The notes: generated by a model from the letters alone, not told the origin. A DNA stretch of 64,000 nt from an uncultured delta proteobacterium (GCA_963755125.1 CAVWIP010000013.1:1-64000); one strand, 5' to 3'. Counted from the first letter of the stretch, positions 29,974-43,095 are shown. Translations and numbers: made by a program.

Positions 29974-30019
29974 CCCATGTCAACCAATATGGCATCGACG
30001 CCAACTTGGTTGACATGGG
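29974..30019. promoter_or_regulatory. 14-bp perfect inverted repeat (hairpin or operator)
   Basis: CCCATGTCAACCAA-N18-TTGGTTGACATGGG. Confidence 0.55.
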
Positions 30020-30137
30020 ATGTAGAAAGGATCCTGCGTTCTCCAGCGCCAACTAACATTCCCTTCGGCCCACATCTTGCTGTAAGGTTACAGCGAGTTC
30101 TGAGCATCACTCCGGTTCGCATATGAGGAGGGGTTAC

Positions 30138-32030
30138 ATGACCCGTCATATTTCAAGGCTCTCGCCGCTTGTCTGCTGGCAGTATCTCCGCTGGGTGCTG
30201 GCGATCCCCGCCCTGCCCTTGGCCCTGTGGGCCTGCAACTCGCACAAGTTGCAAGAGCCCCTGCCGAATCCGCAACAAGAAACCGACTTCAATGTTGTGG
30301 TCAGCCCAGAGCGTGAAGTCGACATCTTGTTCATGATCGACAACTCCCCTTCGATGGATCCCAAGCAACAGGCACTGGCTGCCAACTTCCCAAAGATGAT
30401 CCAGGTACTGCAGAACCTGCCAGACCCTTCGAACCCGGGTCAGACGAGTTTGCCCGACGTCCACATCGGCGTGATCAGCAGCGACATGGGGGCTGGCTCC
30501 GACAATATCGGCGGCAACTGCTCGCGGGTTCTGGGCGATCGCGGCCTTCTGTGGGGGAACGATCCCAACAACCTGACTGCCTCGGTCGCGCCCGGCAATA
30601 CGTTATATTCGACCGCCGCCGGTCAAATTTCAACCTACCCGACACCCAACGGGTGCGGCCTCGCCTCGGGCCAACGCTGGATCATCGATGTTGCGAATGC
30701 GAATGGGGTCGGGCGGACACAGAATTACACCGGCCAGCTTACGGACGTATTCACCTGCCTCGCCCAGTCAGTGGGAATCGCGGGCTGCGGCTACGAGCAC
30801 CAGTTGCAATCGATTCGAGTGGCGCTCAACCCCCAGCAGGTGAATTGCGACAGCAATGGCAAGAACTGCACGGATATCAACATGGAAAACGTAGGCTTCC
30901 TGCGTCCCGAGGCATACCTGGCCATCGTTTTCATCAGCGACGAGGATGACGACTCTGCTCCGGTCGCCGACACAGGCCAAAATGGTAACAATAATGATGG
31001 CATGTTCCTGAACCGGCCCACTGGGGAAACCGCCAGCATGAAAGCTGCGACGCGTGGCCATCTGTGCGGCGGCCAGCCAATTCCTGGCTACGACCCGGTG
31101 AACGGATTCACCCCGCAGAACCCGGCCCCGACGCCCAATGTTGGACCCGGAACTGGCGCCTTGGGGTTCATGCACCCCTTTTCCGATTGCACGGACAAGG
31201 AGCAGCTCGATAGGAACAATCCAGACCCCGCCTACCTTCCGCTCGTCGACGTGCGGGACATCATCGACAGCGTCAACAGTGTCAAGCAGAGGCCCCAGGA
31301 TCAGATCCTCGTGTCTGGCATCTACGGCTGGCCCCCGGACTCTGCCCTGCCCAATGTCCAGACCACGGATCAATACAGGATCGGGGTTGACACCACGTCG
31401 CTGCCACCCTCGCAGAGCACCTTATGGGACTACATGCCCATTTGCTGGAACCCCACTGTCCAGGCCTCTGACGGCAACATCTACAAGGCGTACGGCGGTC
31501 TTCGCCATAACAAGTTCGTCAGTGCCTTCGGCACCCACGGAGCGAGTTTCAGCATCTGCAACCAGGATTTCACGGGCGCGATGACTCAAATCGGTCAAGC
31601 GATCGCGCAGGCCTTGAAGCCAGGTTGCGTGCAGTACCCGTTGATCGACACGAACCCGAATGTAGATGGCGTGCAGCCCGAATGTCAGGTTGTCTACAAG
31701 ATCGCGTGCAACACGCCTGGCCAGGGTACGTGCCTTTCCACTGGCTACTCGCAACATACTCTCCCCGAGTGCATAGACCCTACCACGGGGAACCCTCTCG
31801 TACCCGCGACTCCCGCAACCGGCAATATCCCGGACAGCGCGCGGCCTTGCTGGTACCTCTTGTACGATAACAATTCAGTCACTGGCTGCCCGAGCGCTTA
31901 CATGAACCAGCGAATCACTGCCTTGCGGCCGAGCACTCAGCCGCAGGCGCCGGCAGGAACCTTGCTGGCGATGCAGTGCTTGACCTGCGCCAACGCCGAC
32001 CAGCAATGCCCTGCCTTTAGCGCACAGTAA
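30138..32030 (+). CDS. Cys-rich VWA-domain lipoprotein, myxobacterial family
   Basis: GAGGAGG RBS; LWAC lipobox; DILFMIDNSPSM; GCGYEHQL; FLRPEAYLAIVFISDEDD. Confidence 0.85.
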   Translation: MTRHISRLSPLVCWQYLRWVLAIPALPLALWACNSHKLQEPLPNPQQETDFNVVVSPEREVDILFMIDNSPSMDPKQQALAANFPKMIQVLQNLPDPSNPGQTSLPDVHIGVISSDMGAGSDNIGGNCSRVLGDRGLLWGNDPNNLTASVAPGNTLYSTAAGQISTYPTPNGCGLASGQRWIIDVANANGVGRTQNYTGQLTDVFTCLAQSVGIAGCGYEHQLQSIRVALNPQQVNCDSNGKNCTDINMENVGFLRPEAYLAIVFISDEDDDSAPVADTGQNGNNNDGMFLNRPTGETASMKAATRGHLCGGQPIPGYDPVNGFTPQNPAPTPNVGPGTGALGFMHPFSDCTDKEQLDRNNPDPAYLPLVDVRDIIDSVNSVKQRPQDQILVSGIYGWPPDSALPNVQTTDQYRIGVDTTSLPPSQSTLWDYMPICWNPTVQASDGNIYKAYGGLRHNKFVSAFGTHGASFSICNQDFTGAMTQIGQAIAQALKPGCVQYPLIDTNPNVDGVQPECQVVYKIACNTPGQGTCLSTGYSQHTLPECIDPTTGNPLVPATPATGNIPDSARPCWYLLYDNNSVTGCPSAYMNQRITALRPSTQPQAPAGTLLAMQCLTCANADQQCPAFSAQ

Positions 32031-32127
32031 CAACCGGCAGCCATAAAGAATAGCCGACCTTGAAAGCCGCTCCGAATGGGCGCCTTTCGCGATCCGGGCG
32101 CTCTCGTCTACGCTGCGCTCCGCTACT

Positions 32128-33141
32128 CTACTCCTCGCCAGGCTCTGGCTCGCCCCGAGGCACGGCCGCGGCGAAGCGCTCGGCGAAGTGGGAAGTCGGG
32201 CGTGCGCTTGCCATGTCCAGCTCGAAATCGGGAACCTCGCTGTGGCGCAGGGTCGACAAGAACTCGTCCACCTCGCGGCTGCTCAGGCCCAGCGAAGCCA
32301 GTGCCTCGCGACCAAGAAACCTCCCCTGACCTTCGATGCCGTCCTCCTTGGCGTGCAGCAGTGCCCGCAGGGCGTCCATCTCCATGCGCGAAAGCCGTGC
32401 TCCGCACACGTCGTAGTCGATCCACGCCTCGTACGACAGCGGCGCCACCCGCTTGAGCATGCCCGCCATGAGCTGTCCGTACTGCTGGATTTCCCACTGC
32501 GCGTGCGCGTCCACCCGCAGGGTGAGGAAGTGCAGCAGGTTGTGCAGATCGATCTTCCAGTACCACTGGGTGTAGGTCGAGAGCGGCAGGTCGATGCGCG
32601 CCAGTTCACGCGCCACCTCGTGACTGGTCAGCCATTGGTAGTTCGAGATGGCGCCGGCCCGGCTATCCTGCCAGCGCTGCTTGGCCTGGTTGCGCAGCCC
32701 GGCCGGCAGAGGCTGGCCGGTGCGCCCCTGGTGGTTGTTCGTGCTCTGCGCCTGCAGTTGCTCGTCAGGCGGCGTGTAGAACAGCATGGGCATCAGACTG
32801 TAGCGCCCCGACATCTCGTTGACGTTGGCGGTGCGATGGCGAATCCACTGGCGCGCCACGAAGATGGGCATGCAGCAATGGAACTTCAGCTCCACCATTT
32901 CACTGGGCGTCGTGTGCCGATGGCGGCGCAGATAGCGGAGCAGACCGCGCGTCTGACTGCGCTGGCGCGTGCCAAAGCCGTAGCTGACCCGCGCGGCTCG
33001 CACGATGTCCTCGTCGCTGCCCATGTAGTCGACCAGAGCGACGAAACCATGGTCCAGCACCGGAAAATAGAGGCCCAGAATCTCCTCGGCGCCCGGGCTG
33101 ACCGGCCGCCCCGTGTGGTTCTGCCCGTCGGATTCTGCCAT
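32128..33141 (-). CDS. thyX: FAD-dependent thymidylate synthase
   Basis: RQWIRHRTANVNEMSGRY, ARELAR, HAQWEIQ. Confidence 0.96.
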   Translation of the reverse strand: MAESDGQNHTGRPVSPGAEEILGLYFPVLDHGFVALVDYMGSDEDIVRAARVSYGFGTRQRSQTRGLLRYLRRHRHTTPSEMVELKFHCCMPIFVARQWIRHRTANVNEMSGRYSLMPMLFYTPPDEQLQAQSTNNHQGRTGQPLPAGLRNQAKQRWQDSRAGAISNYQWLTSHEVARELARIDLPLSTYTQWYWKIDLHNLLHFLTLRVDAHAQWEIQQYGQLMAGMLKRVAPLSYEAWIDYDVCGARLSRMEMDALRALLHAKEDGIEGQGRFLGREALASLGLSSREVDEFLSTLRHSEVPDFELDMASARPTSHFAERFAAAVPRGEPEPGEE

Positions 33142-33167
33142 GACCGTTTTCTCCTAGCCGCCGCTCA

Positions 33168-34163
33168 TCACGAGGCCAGAGCGCCCGATTCCACGAAAGC
33201 GCCCATACGGCGGTATTTCTGATAGCGAAGATCCTTGAGCAGACTGGGCGGAAGCGGCAGCAGATCGGCCAGGTGCCGACGCAAGGCCGCGGCCAGATTG
33301 CGCGCGGTGAGATCGAAGTTGCGATGGGCGCCGCCCGGCGCTTCCGGCACGATCTCGTCGACGATGCCCAGCCGGGCGAGATCGGGTGCCGTGATCTTCA
33401 TCGCCTCGGCCGCTTCGGCCTTGCGCTCGTCGCTGCGGAAGAGAATCGAGGCGCAGCCTTCCGGCGAGATCACAGAATAGATGGCGTATTCCATCATCAA
33501 AATGCGATCCGCCACCCCGATGGCCAACGCCCCGCCCGAGCCGCCCTCGCCGATGACCACCGCGATGATGGGCACCGGCAGCCCGGCCATGATCTCCAGA
33601 TTCTTGGCCACCGCTTCGGCCTGCCCGCGCTCCTCGGCGTCGATCCCCGGAAACGCGCCCGGCGTGTCGAGCAGGCAGATGACGGGTTTGCCGAAGCGCG
33701 CGGCCAGGTCCATCAGGCGCATGGCCTTGCGATAGCCCTCGGGCTTGGCCATGCCCATGTTGCGCGCCAGCTTTTCCTTGGTGGTGCGCCCCTTCTGTTG
33801 GCCCAGGCACAGGATGGGAACGCCCTCGAAAAAGCCGATGCCGCCGATCATGGCGGCGTCGTCGGCAAAGCGGCGATCCCCGTGCACCTCGCAAAAATCG
33901 GTGAAGAGCCGGCTGACATAGTCGAGCGTGTAGGGCCGGGCCGGGTGCCGGGCCAACTGCACCTTCTGCCAGGGCGTCAGCTCGGAAAAGATGTGCTGCT
34001 GTAGCTCGCGAGCCCGCACCTCGAGTTTCTCGATCTCGCGCCGGATCTCGCCCGACATGCGCGTGCGCTGCTTGAGCTCCTCGAGTTTGCGTTCCAGCTC
34101 GACAACCGGTCGCTCGAAATCGAGTACCGGGGCTTCCTTGGTCTTTTCTTTCCTGTGTGGCAT
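33168..34163 (-). CDS. accA: Acetyl-CoA carboxylase carboxyltransferase alpha subunit
   Basis: ARHPARP, PEGYRKA, DTPGAFPGIDAEERGQ, GEGGSGGALA. Confidence 0.97.
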   Translation of the reverse strand: MPHRKEKTKEAPVLDFERPVVELERKLEELKQRTRMSGEIRREIEKLEVRARELQQHIFSELTPWQKVQLARHPARPYTLDYVSRLFTDFCEVHGDRRFADDAAMIGGIGFFEGVPILCLGQQKGRTTKEKLARNMGMAKPEGYRKAMRLMDLAARFGKPVICLLDTPGAFPGIDAEERGQAEAVAKNLEIMAGLPVPIIAVVIGEGGSGGALAIGVADRILMMEYAIYSVISPEGCASILFRSDERKAEAAEAMKITAPDLARLGIVDEIVPEAPGGAHRNFDLTARNLAAALRRHLADLLPLPPSLLKDLRYQKYRRMGAFVESGALAS

Positions 34164-34220
34164 GGGCGGTTCGCGATCCTGTTTCGGATCCGAGACGGTA
34201 GCAAGAGATCTGTGAAGGAG

Positions 34221-35123
34221 TTAGAGACGCGCCGACAGCTCGCGTGCGAGGGTGTCAGGGTCTGGGAGCACAGATGCCCGAACATCGGCCTGCTCGCGCC
34301 TGAACCAGGTCCGCTGGCGCCGGGCATAGGCTGAAGTGGCGGTCTTGGTCCGGGCCACGGCTTCCTGCAGAGACAGCAGGCCGTCAAGGTGCTGGCCGAG
34401 TTGCTTGTAGCCCAGGGCGGCCAAAGCGCGGGTGTGACCGAAGCCGGCCTTGCGCAAGGCCGCGACCTCGGCGAGAAATCCCGCCGCCATCATGCGCTCG
34501 ACCCGGCTGTGGATGAGCGGGCGCAGCTTGGCGAGCGGATAGTCGAGGATGACGACGAAGAGGTTCCAGGGCAGCGGCGAACCGGCGGCTCGGCGGCGCA
34601 GCTCACTGATCGGGATCCCGGTCTGCTGGTACACCTCGAGAGCGCGGCTGGTGCGAACCAGATCGCCGGGACGGATCTTCGCCGCGGCATCAGGATCGAT
34701 ATGCTGCAGCCGGCGGTGCAACGCCGGGACGCCGAGAACGGCAGCCTCGGCCTGGTGCAACGCCCTGATCGCGGGATCGGGCGCGGGCGCGTCGAACAGC
34801 CCTCCCCTCAAGGCGCGAAAATACAGTCCCGTGCCGCCCACGATGATGGGAGTGCGCCCGCGGCGAAGGATGACATCGACGACCGCGCGAGCCCGCGCGG
34901 CCCAGGCGGCCGCGTGGAACGGCTGGTCCGGATCGACGAGGTCGAGCAGATGGTGCGGGCAGCGCGCCTGCTCCTGATGGGTGGCCTTGCCCGTGCCGAT
35001 GTCCATGCCGCGATAGACCTGCACGGAATCGCAGCACACGATCTCGCCGGGAATTCGTTGGGCCAGCGCCAGCCCGAGTTCGCTCTTGCCCGAAGCCGTT
35101 GGTCCCAGTATGGCGACGACCAT
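34221..35123 (-). CDS. miaA: tRNA dimethylallyltransferase
   Basis: GPTASGKS, DSVQVYRGMDIGTGK, VGGTGLY, YARRQRTWFR; ATG at 35123. Confidence 0.96.
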   Translation of the reverse strand: MVVAILGPTASGKSELGLALAQRIPGEIVCCDSVQVYRGMDIGTGKATHQEQARCPHHLLDLVDPDQPFHAAAWAARARAVVDVILRRGRTPIIVGGTGLYFRALRGGLFDAPAPDPAIRALHQAEAAVLGVPALHRRLQHIDPDAAAKIRPGDLVRTSRALEVYQQTGIPISELRRRAAGSPLPWNLFVVILDYPLAKLRPLIHSRVERMMAAGFLAEVAALRKAGFGHTRALAALGYKQLGQHLDGLLSLQEAVARTKTATSAYARRQRTWFRREQADVRASVLPDPDTLARELSARL

Positions 35124-35124
35124 G

Positions 35125-35372
35125 CTAGTGCTGCCCGCCAGAAGATGTCGAAGGGTTGGCAAGAGTCCTCTCGGGCAGCACGCGAGCGCAAAGCGCGAGC
35201 CGCGAGGCCGTCAGGCCGAGCGGGAAAAGGGGGGACCCGGCGGGCTTTGCCCGACGGGGGGAGGGGCTCTCCCCTCCGTAAATCGAAGCTAGTGCCGCCT
35301 CGCTGCCTGTTCTAGTGTCCCTTCTAGCCGCAGACATCGGTCGGACCCCTTCGGAACTTCTGGCAAGCGGCA

Positions 35373-35376
<4 letters not shown>
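35125..35376. mobile_element. MITE-like insertion between mutL and miaA, CTAG at both ends, about 30-bp imperfect terminal inverted repeats
   Basis: Left CTAGTGCTGCCCGCCAGAAG vs right reverse complement CTAGTGCCGCTTGCCAGAAG (17/20); internal hairpins; excision leaves mutL TAG-C-ATG miaA. Confidence 0.75.
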
Positions 35377-37190
<1,814 letters not shown>

Positions 37191-37259
37191 GCTTTGCGCA
37201 ACCAGCGTATCAGGGAGCGGCGCGCGCGAAAACGATTTCGAGATATCCCTCCAACCACG

Positions 37260-37859
37260 TCAAGGCAAGAAGCCCGTTCCGGCCAGATACAGCTCCGTGC
37301 TCTCCCCGCGCGAGCTTTCAGGCTTGAGCAGGCGCACCTCCGAGAAGCGCGTGGATATGCGTGCGCGGATGCGGACGACCTCGGGGCTCTGGAACACCTT
37401 GGCCACGAACGCGCCCAGCGGCGCGAGAAGGCGCTCGGCCCGACCCAGCGCCTCCTCTACCAGGGCCGCCGAGCGCGCCTGATCGGTCGCGCGGATACCC
37501 GTGGTGTCGGGGGCCATGTCGGACAGGACCACGTCGAAGGCCGCCTGGCCGCACAGCAGTTCCTGGTCGGACAAGCTGAAGATGTCTGCAACCAGAACCC
37601 GCGCGCCAGGAATTGGCCGCGGCAGGGGCTGGCGATCCACGCCGATTACCACGCCGTGCGGTCCGGCCACCTTGCACGCGTATTGCAACCAGGATCCGGG
37701 CCGGCAGCCCAGGTCCAACACGCGCGCACCCGCGCGCAAAAGATGCAAGCGCCGGTCGATCTCCTCCAGCTTGTAGACTGACCGCGCCGCAAACCCCTCG
37801 CTGCGCGCCTTGCGAAAAAACGCGTCGTGGCGCCGGTTGCGGTCGCGAAGCGAAGCCAA
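37260..37859 (-). CDS. rlmE: 23S rRNA Um2552 methyltransferase (FtsJ/RrmJ)
   Basis: ARSVYKLEEID, DLGCRPGSW, VVLSDMAP, KPESSRGESTELY. Confidence 0.92.
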   Translation of the reverse strand: MASLRDRNRRHDAFFRKARSEGFAARSVYKLEEIDRRLHLLRAGARVLDLGCRPGSWLQYACKVAGPHGVVIGVDRQPLPRPIPGARVLVADIFSLSDQELLCGQAAFDVVLSDMAPDTTGIRATDQARSAALVEEALGRAERLLAPLGAFVAKVFQSPEVVRIRARISTRFSEVRLLKPESSRGESTELYLAGTGFLP

Positions 37860-37883
37860 CCTGCCTGCTCAGTCGGCCGCCGT

Positions 37884-38624
<741 letters not shown>

Positions 38625-38653
38625 GGTTTGCAAACCTCTTGAAAGAACGTGGC

Positions 38654-38682
38654 TTTATAGTCGGCGGTCAGCCCCAGGTCAA
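38654..38682 (-). promoter_or_regulatory. Sigma70-like promoter for rplC
   Basis: TTGACC-N17-TATAAA on minus strand. Confidence 0.65.
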
Positions 38683-38688
38683 GTTGAC

Positions 38689-40809
38689 TCAATCGCCTCG
38701 GGTTTTCTCTGTCGCACTGCTCTCACGGACCTCGCTGTCGAGTAGCTTCTGCGGGTCGAATGTGACCGGTCCCAGGATGAGATCGATCTCCCGGTCGAAA
38801 AGCGAGGCGTCGGGCCGAGTCTCCTCGGGCGTGCGCGGCCGGAACACCAGGTTCACCGCAGCCACGGTCGGCGCATCACGAAGCATGGGACGCGGGTACT
38901 CCAGGTCGAAGGCCGCTTCGCGTATACAGCGCTCGATCTCGGGCCGTTCCAGGCTGGACTGGCGGATGATGGCGTCCACGAGTTCGCCCCGCTCGAGATG
39001 AAGCTCCAGCCGGACCCGGCCGTGCAGGGCCAGATCGGCGCCGCTGGCCACCCGCCGGGACAAGTAGCAGGCCCGCGCCCGCGGCAGGTAGGCCAGCGCC
39101 AAAGCGTTGCGCAGCACCTGCGGGTCCATCTGTCCGCGCGCCACGCCGTCCGCGGGCGACTTGGGGCGCGGCTCAACCGCCTCCACATACACGGCGAGGT
39201 CGGGCAATGAAACCGTCCACGCGCGGGGCGGCTGAGTGTCGAGCAAAGGCTGCAGCCAATCGAGCGCGACGCGGGCTATGGGCGCGCTTGCCCGCACTGT
39301 CGCGCCCGCATACTCGCCCGCCACCTGGACGCGGGAACCCGAACCGCTGGGCAAGGTCAACACCTTGACCAAACCCGTCCCCGGAGCCACGCCAGCGGCC
39401 AGCGCCCGATCTGTCTGTCCCTGGGTACGGACGTTGAAGAGATCTCCACCCTGCGCCAGCGCCGCCAGCGAGGATTGCGCCACGCCACGAAAATCCTCCG
39501 CCGCCAGCACGCTCACAACTCCACCGAAGCGTCCCACCAGCTTATCCAATCGCTCGACCGCGTTGGCGGGAACCGGGTCGTCGGCAGCCGGGCGCACCAG
39601 CAAGACCAGCACGCGCAGCCGATGGCTAGCCGCCACGGAAGCAAGCGCGCCCGCGAGCCGCTCTGCCGTCTGCAACTCGGGCAAGGCGCCGTCGCTGATC
39701 ATCACCAGCAGACGAGACTCGCCAGCCGGAAGAGGCCCGTCACCCTTGGCCCAATCGGCGGCGCGGCCCAGTGCCGCCACCAGATCGGTTCCGTTTTCCA
39801 GCTGGTTGGGATCGGCCGCCGTTTCCACTGCGTCCAGCGCCTCGATGGTGGCCGTGCGTGAGATGGGGAACACCTGCGTCGCCGTCCGCGCGAAGAGAAT
39901 GGCGTTGAATCTCTGTGCGGGCGGGAGAGTCTCGATCAGTGCCCGCGCCAGAGCACGCTGGCTGGACATGCCACCCGCGCCCACGCTGCGGGAGCGATCG
40001 ATGAGCAGCATCACCTCACCCGGCGGAGGCGCGCTTGCCGATCGCTGCGGCCGACACAGGCCCAGCGTCAGCACTTCGCCTGCACGCGCCGCGTGCGTCG
40101 CGCGCCGCTCGGCCCGCGCCGCAGCCAACTGGCCCGGCCAAGCCGCGGCCTGCTCGTGCAACCGGTAGCTCACCTCCCAGGTTGCCCGCAGGGGTGCCGT
40201 CGCATGGACCGCGAAAATGCGCCCATTCGGCCGGATACGTACTGGTACGCCGGCAACGCTCGCCTCGAAAAGCCTCACCTCCGCCGGCAGATCGTCGAAC
40301 CTGACCGTCACCTGCGCCGCGGTCGGGTTCTCTTCCAGGCTGGCGGGCAGGCGCAACACGAAGCGGCCGTCGGCACAGGCCGCAGGCGCCGTGTAGCGAT
40401 AGCGCAGGAGAACACGCCCCGGAGCGGCCAGCGGCGCCAGATGCACCCGCACCCGGGCGGCGTCGTCGGCCGGTGTCTGGGCGGCTGAGAGATGGTGCGA
40501 CGACAGCGTGCGCGCGTAGTCGGCGCGGGCCGTCGGCGCCGCCGTGGCAGCAAGCTTGATCGTCCGGCCCGCAAGCCGCGCGCCCCAGCCGACCAGGGCC
40601 GCGCCCTCGGGCAAGTCGAGGTCGACCACTGTGTCGTGCGTCGGAGCCCGCTCGCCGCCGACCAGCACCTCTCGTTCCACCTCGACCAGCGCCACGGGCC
40701 CCACCACACGAATCGAAACGCGATGAGCCGGCTCTGCCGCAGGCGGAAGATCGAACTGGGGGACGCCGGCCGCGAGGATGAGCAAGACGGCAGGGATAGG
40801 TCCGGGCAT
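38689..40809 (-). CDS. VIT/VWA-domain protein with TonB-C-like (AgmX/PglI-type) C-terminus
   Basis: MLLIDRSRSV, FNAILF, GTDLVAAL, MISDG; ARACY...LHGRV...IERCI. Confidence 0.7.
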   Translation of the reverse strand: MPGPIPAVLLILAAGVPQFDLPPAAEPAHRVSIRVVGPVALVEVEREVLVGGERAPTHDTVVDLDLPEGAALVGWGARLAGRTIKLAATAAPTARADYARTLSSHHLSAAQTPADDAARVRVHLAPLAAPGRVLLRYRYTAPAACADGRFVLRLPASLEENPTAAQVTVRFDDLPAEVRLFEASVAGVPVRIRPNGRIFAVHATAPLRATWEVSYRLHEQAAAWPGQLAAARAERRATHAARAGEVLTLGLCRPQRSASAPPPGEVMLLIDRSRSVGAGGMSSQRALARALIETLPPAQRFNAILFARTATQVFPISRTATIEALDAVETAADPNQLENGTDLVAALGRAADWAKGDGPLPAGESRLLVMISDGALPELQTAERLAGALASVAASHRLRVLVLLVRPAADDPVPANAVERLDKLVGRFGGVVSVLAAEDFRGVAQSSLAALAQGGDLFNVRTQGQTDRALAAGVAPGTGLVKVLTLPSGSGSRVQVAGEYAGATVRASAPIARVALDWLQPLLDTQPPRAWTVSLPDLAVYVEAVEPRPKSPADGVARGQMDPQVLRNALALAYLPRARACYLSRRVASGADLALHGRVRLELHLERGELVDAIIRQSSLERPEIERCIREAAFDLEYPRPMLRDAPTVAAVNLVFRPRTPEETRPDASLFDREIDLILGPVTFDPQKLLDSEVRESSATEKTRGD

Positions 40810-40898
40810 AGCGGGCCGAGTTTACCGATCCACCCCCTGCCTGGCCATTCCAGCAAGCCTTTGCTTGCACGCCGCTCCCCTGCCACTATACGGAGACG

Positions 40899-41534
40899 AT
40901 GACTTCGCCCAAAGCACCCATCGTGGAAGTGTCCCCCTCAGAGCCTGCCGAGGCGGTTCTCCAGCAGGCGCTCGGCGTGCTGTCGGCGGGAGGCGTGATT
41001 GCCTTTCCCACCGACACCCTGTACGGCCTCGGCTGTGCCTATGGCCAGGCGCAGGCCATCGAACGGATTCAGCGCATGCGCGGTCTCGATCTGGCAACCC
41101 GGCCGCTGACCTTCTTGCTGCCCGACATGGGCGAGCTCCCGCGCTTCACGCGCATGAGCGAGGCAGCCTATCGTCTGGTCAACCGCATCTTCCCGGGGCC
41201 CTACTGCGCCGAACTGCTCGCCCACCCCACCGTGCCCTCGCCCTTCGTGCAGGGCGATCGGCGCACCATCGGGGTCCGCATCCCGCAGAGCGCGCTGTGC
41301 GAAATGCTGACCTGGCGGCTGGGCCGGCCCATCCTCACCGCCACGGCCAAGTCGCGCGACGGCCATGTCCTGACCACCGCCGCCCAGATCCGGCAGGAAT
41401 ACGGCGGCGAGATCGATCTCATCCTGGACGGCGGCACCCTGAACGGCCCGCCCTCGACCGTGGTAAGCTTGGTGGATGACTGGGTGACCGTGTTACGTGA
41501 GGGGCTGGGCCCGGCGAATCGCCTGGCCGGTTAG
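40899..41534 (+). CDS. Sua5/YciO/YrdC family protein
   Basis: GGVIAFPTDTLYGLGC, FPGPY, TIGVRIP, PSTVV. Confidence 0.9.
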   Translation: MTSPKAPIVEVSPSEPAEAVLQQALGVLSAGGVIAFPTDTLYGLGCAYGQAQAIERIQRMRGLDLATRPLTFLLPDMGELPRFTRMSEAAYRLVNRIFPGPYCAELLAHPTVPSPFVQGDRRTIGVRIPQSALCEMLTWRLGRPILTATAKSRDGHVLTTAAQIRQEYGGEIDLILDGGTLNGPPSTVVSLVDDWVTVLREGLGPANRLAG

Positions 41535-41690
41535 GGCTCGTCCGGAAATAGGTCATACGAGTTCGGTGCCGAGGCGCCCGGCTGGCGAGGCGCGAGGAGG
41601 AGGAATACTCGACGTATTGCGACGACGAGCAACGAAGCCAGCCGGGATGGATCGGCGGCGAAATCGTCTCGATTATTTCTGGACGAGCCC
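41534..41690. mobile_element. 157-bp MITE with 17-bp terminal inverted repeats and TTA direct repeats
   Basis: TTA-GGGCTCGTCCGGAAATA ... TATTTCTGGACGAGCCC-TTA (16/17); inner CCCGGCTGGC/GCCAGCCGGG stem. Confidence 0.8.
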
Positions 41691-42323
41691 TTAGCTCACC
41701 TTCAGCTTAGCCGCGGCGGCGCGCGCTTGCTTGATGAAGGCGCGCAACTTGCGCAGATCCTTGATACCGCGCGCCGACTCGACCCCTGACGACACGTCCA
41801 CACCGTCGGGCCGAGTCGCGGCTATCGCCTCGGCCACGTTGCTGGCATTCAATCCCCCGGCGATCAAGAAAGGCCGCCGCGCGCCCGCTGCCACGACATC
41901 CCAAGGCGCCCGCTGGCCAGTGCCGCCATACCCGTCGGCATGCGAGTCGTAGAGGAACAGACCCGCCTCCCAGGCCAGCGCATCCTTGAGCGACGCCTGG
42001 TCGCGAACCCGGACGGCGCGAATGATCTGATCCGGCCGCAGCCAGTCCCAACTCGACGCGATCTCGTCACCGTGCAGTTGGACCCGGTCCAGTTTCAACT
42101 CGGCCATGGTCTCGGTGACCACCAGAGGATGGGCGTTGACGAACACTCCCACCCGCAGCACGCCCGCCGGAATGGCCGCGACGATCTCGTGCGCCTGCTT
42201 GTCCTCCACGAAGCGCTCGGACCCACGCCAGAAGTTGAGGCCGATCAGATCGGCACCGGCGGCGACCGCCTGTCGCGCGTCCTCGGGACGTGTGATCCCG
42301 CAAATCTTGACCAGAAAACTCAT
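41691..42323 (-). CDS. trpF: Phosphoribosylanthranilate isomerase
   Basis: VKICGIT, VQLHGDE, AGGLNASNV, GVDVSSGVE. Confidence 0.95.
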   Translation of the reverse strand: MSFLVKICGITRPEDARQAVAAGADLIGLNFWRGSERFVEDKQAHEIVAAIPAGVLRVGVFVNAHPLVVTETMAELKLDRVQLHGDEIASSWDWLRPDQIIRAVRVRDQASLKDALAWEAGLFLYDSHADGYGGTGQRAPWDVVAAGARRPFLIAGGLNASNVAEAIAATRPDGVDVSSGVESARGIKDLRKLRAFIKQARAAAAKLKVS

Positions 42324-43095
42324 GGACGCCCCAGCAGCCTGCGCAAGGCCGAACCAGGATCAGGATCGCACATCAGGCTTTCGCCCACCAGAGCCGCGTC
42401 GACGCCCGCCTGTCGCATCTTGACCATGTCGTCTGCCGTGCGGATGCCTGACTCCGCGACCAGCAGGCGGTCCGACGGAACGAGAGGTCTCATGGTAGCG
42501 GCCAGGGACATGTCCATCTGGAAGGTGCGAAGGTCGCGGTGGTTGACCCCGATCGCGCGCGCCCCGGCCGCCGCCGCGCGCTCCACCTCGTGGCGGTCGT
42601 GTGTCTCCACCAGGGCCTCCATGCCCAGGCGTCTGATCTCGGCGAGCAGCGCGACCAGATCCTCCTGGCGCAGCGCCGACACGATGAGCAGGAGCGCGTC
42701 TGCGCCCGCCGCGCGCGCCTCGGCCACCTGGTACGGGTCGATGATGAAGTCCTTGCGCAAGACCGGGATGTCGACCACAGCGCGTGCCCGGCTCAGATCA
42801 TCGAGCGATCCGCCGAAGAACGGGCCGTCGGTCAGCACCGAGATGGCGGCCGCCCCGGCCGCCTGGTACGCGCGGGCCACTACGGCCGCATCGGCATCGC
42901 GGTTGATCCAGCCCTTGGACGGCGAGCGTCGTTTGAACTCCGCGATGCACGCCGGCGCGGGCTGGCCACGAAGGGCCGCACAGAAATCACGAACCGGTGG
43001 CGCCAGGGCGAGCTGTTGCTCCAGCCTGGCAAGCGGAACTCGCTCTCGGGCCGCGGCGACCCACTGTCGCGTCTGCGCGAGAATCTCGTCGAGGA

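Noticed and set aside
35160..35372. SRP RNA or other housekeeping ncRNA
   Set aside because: No SRP domain IV consensus seen; CTAG ends and TIRs fit a MITE better
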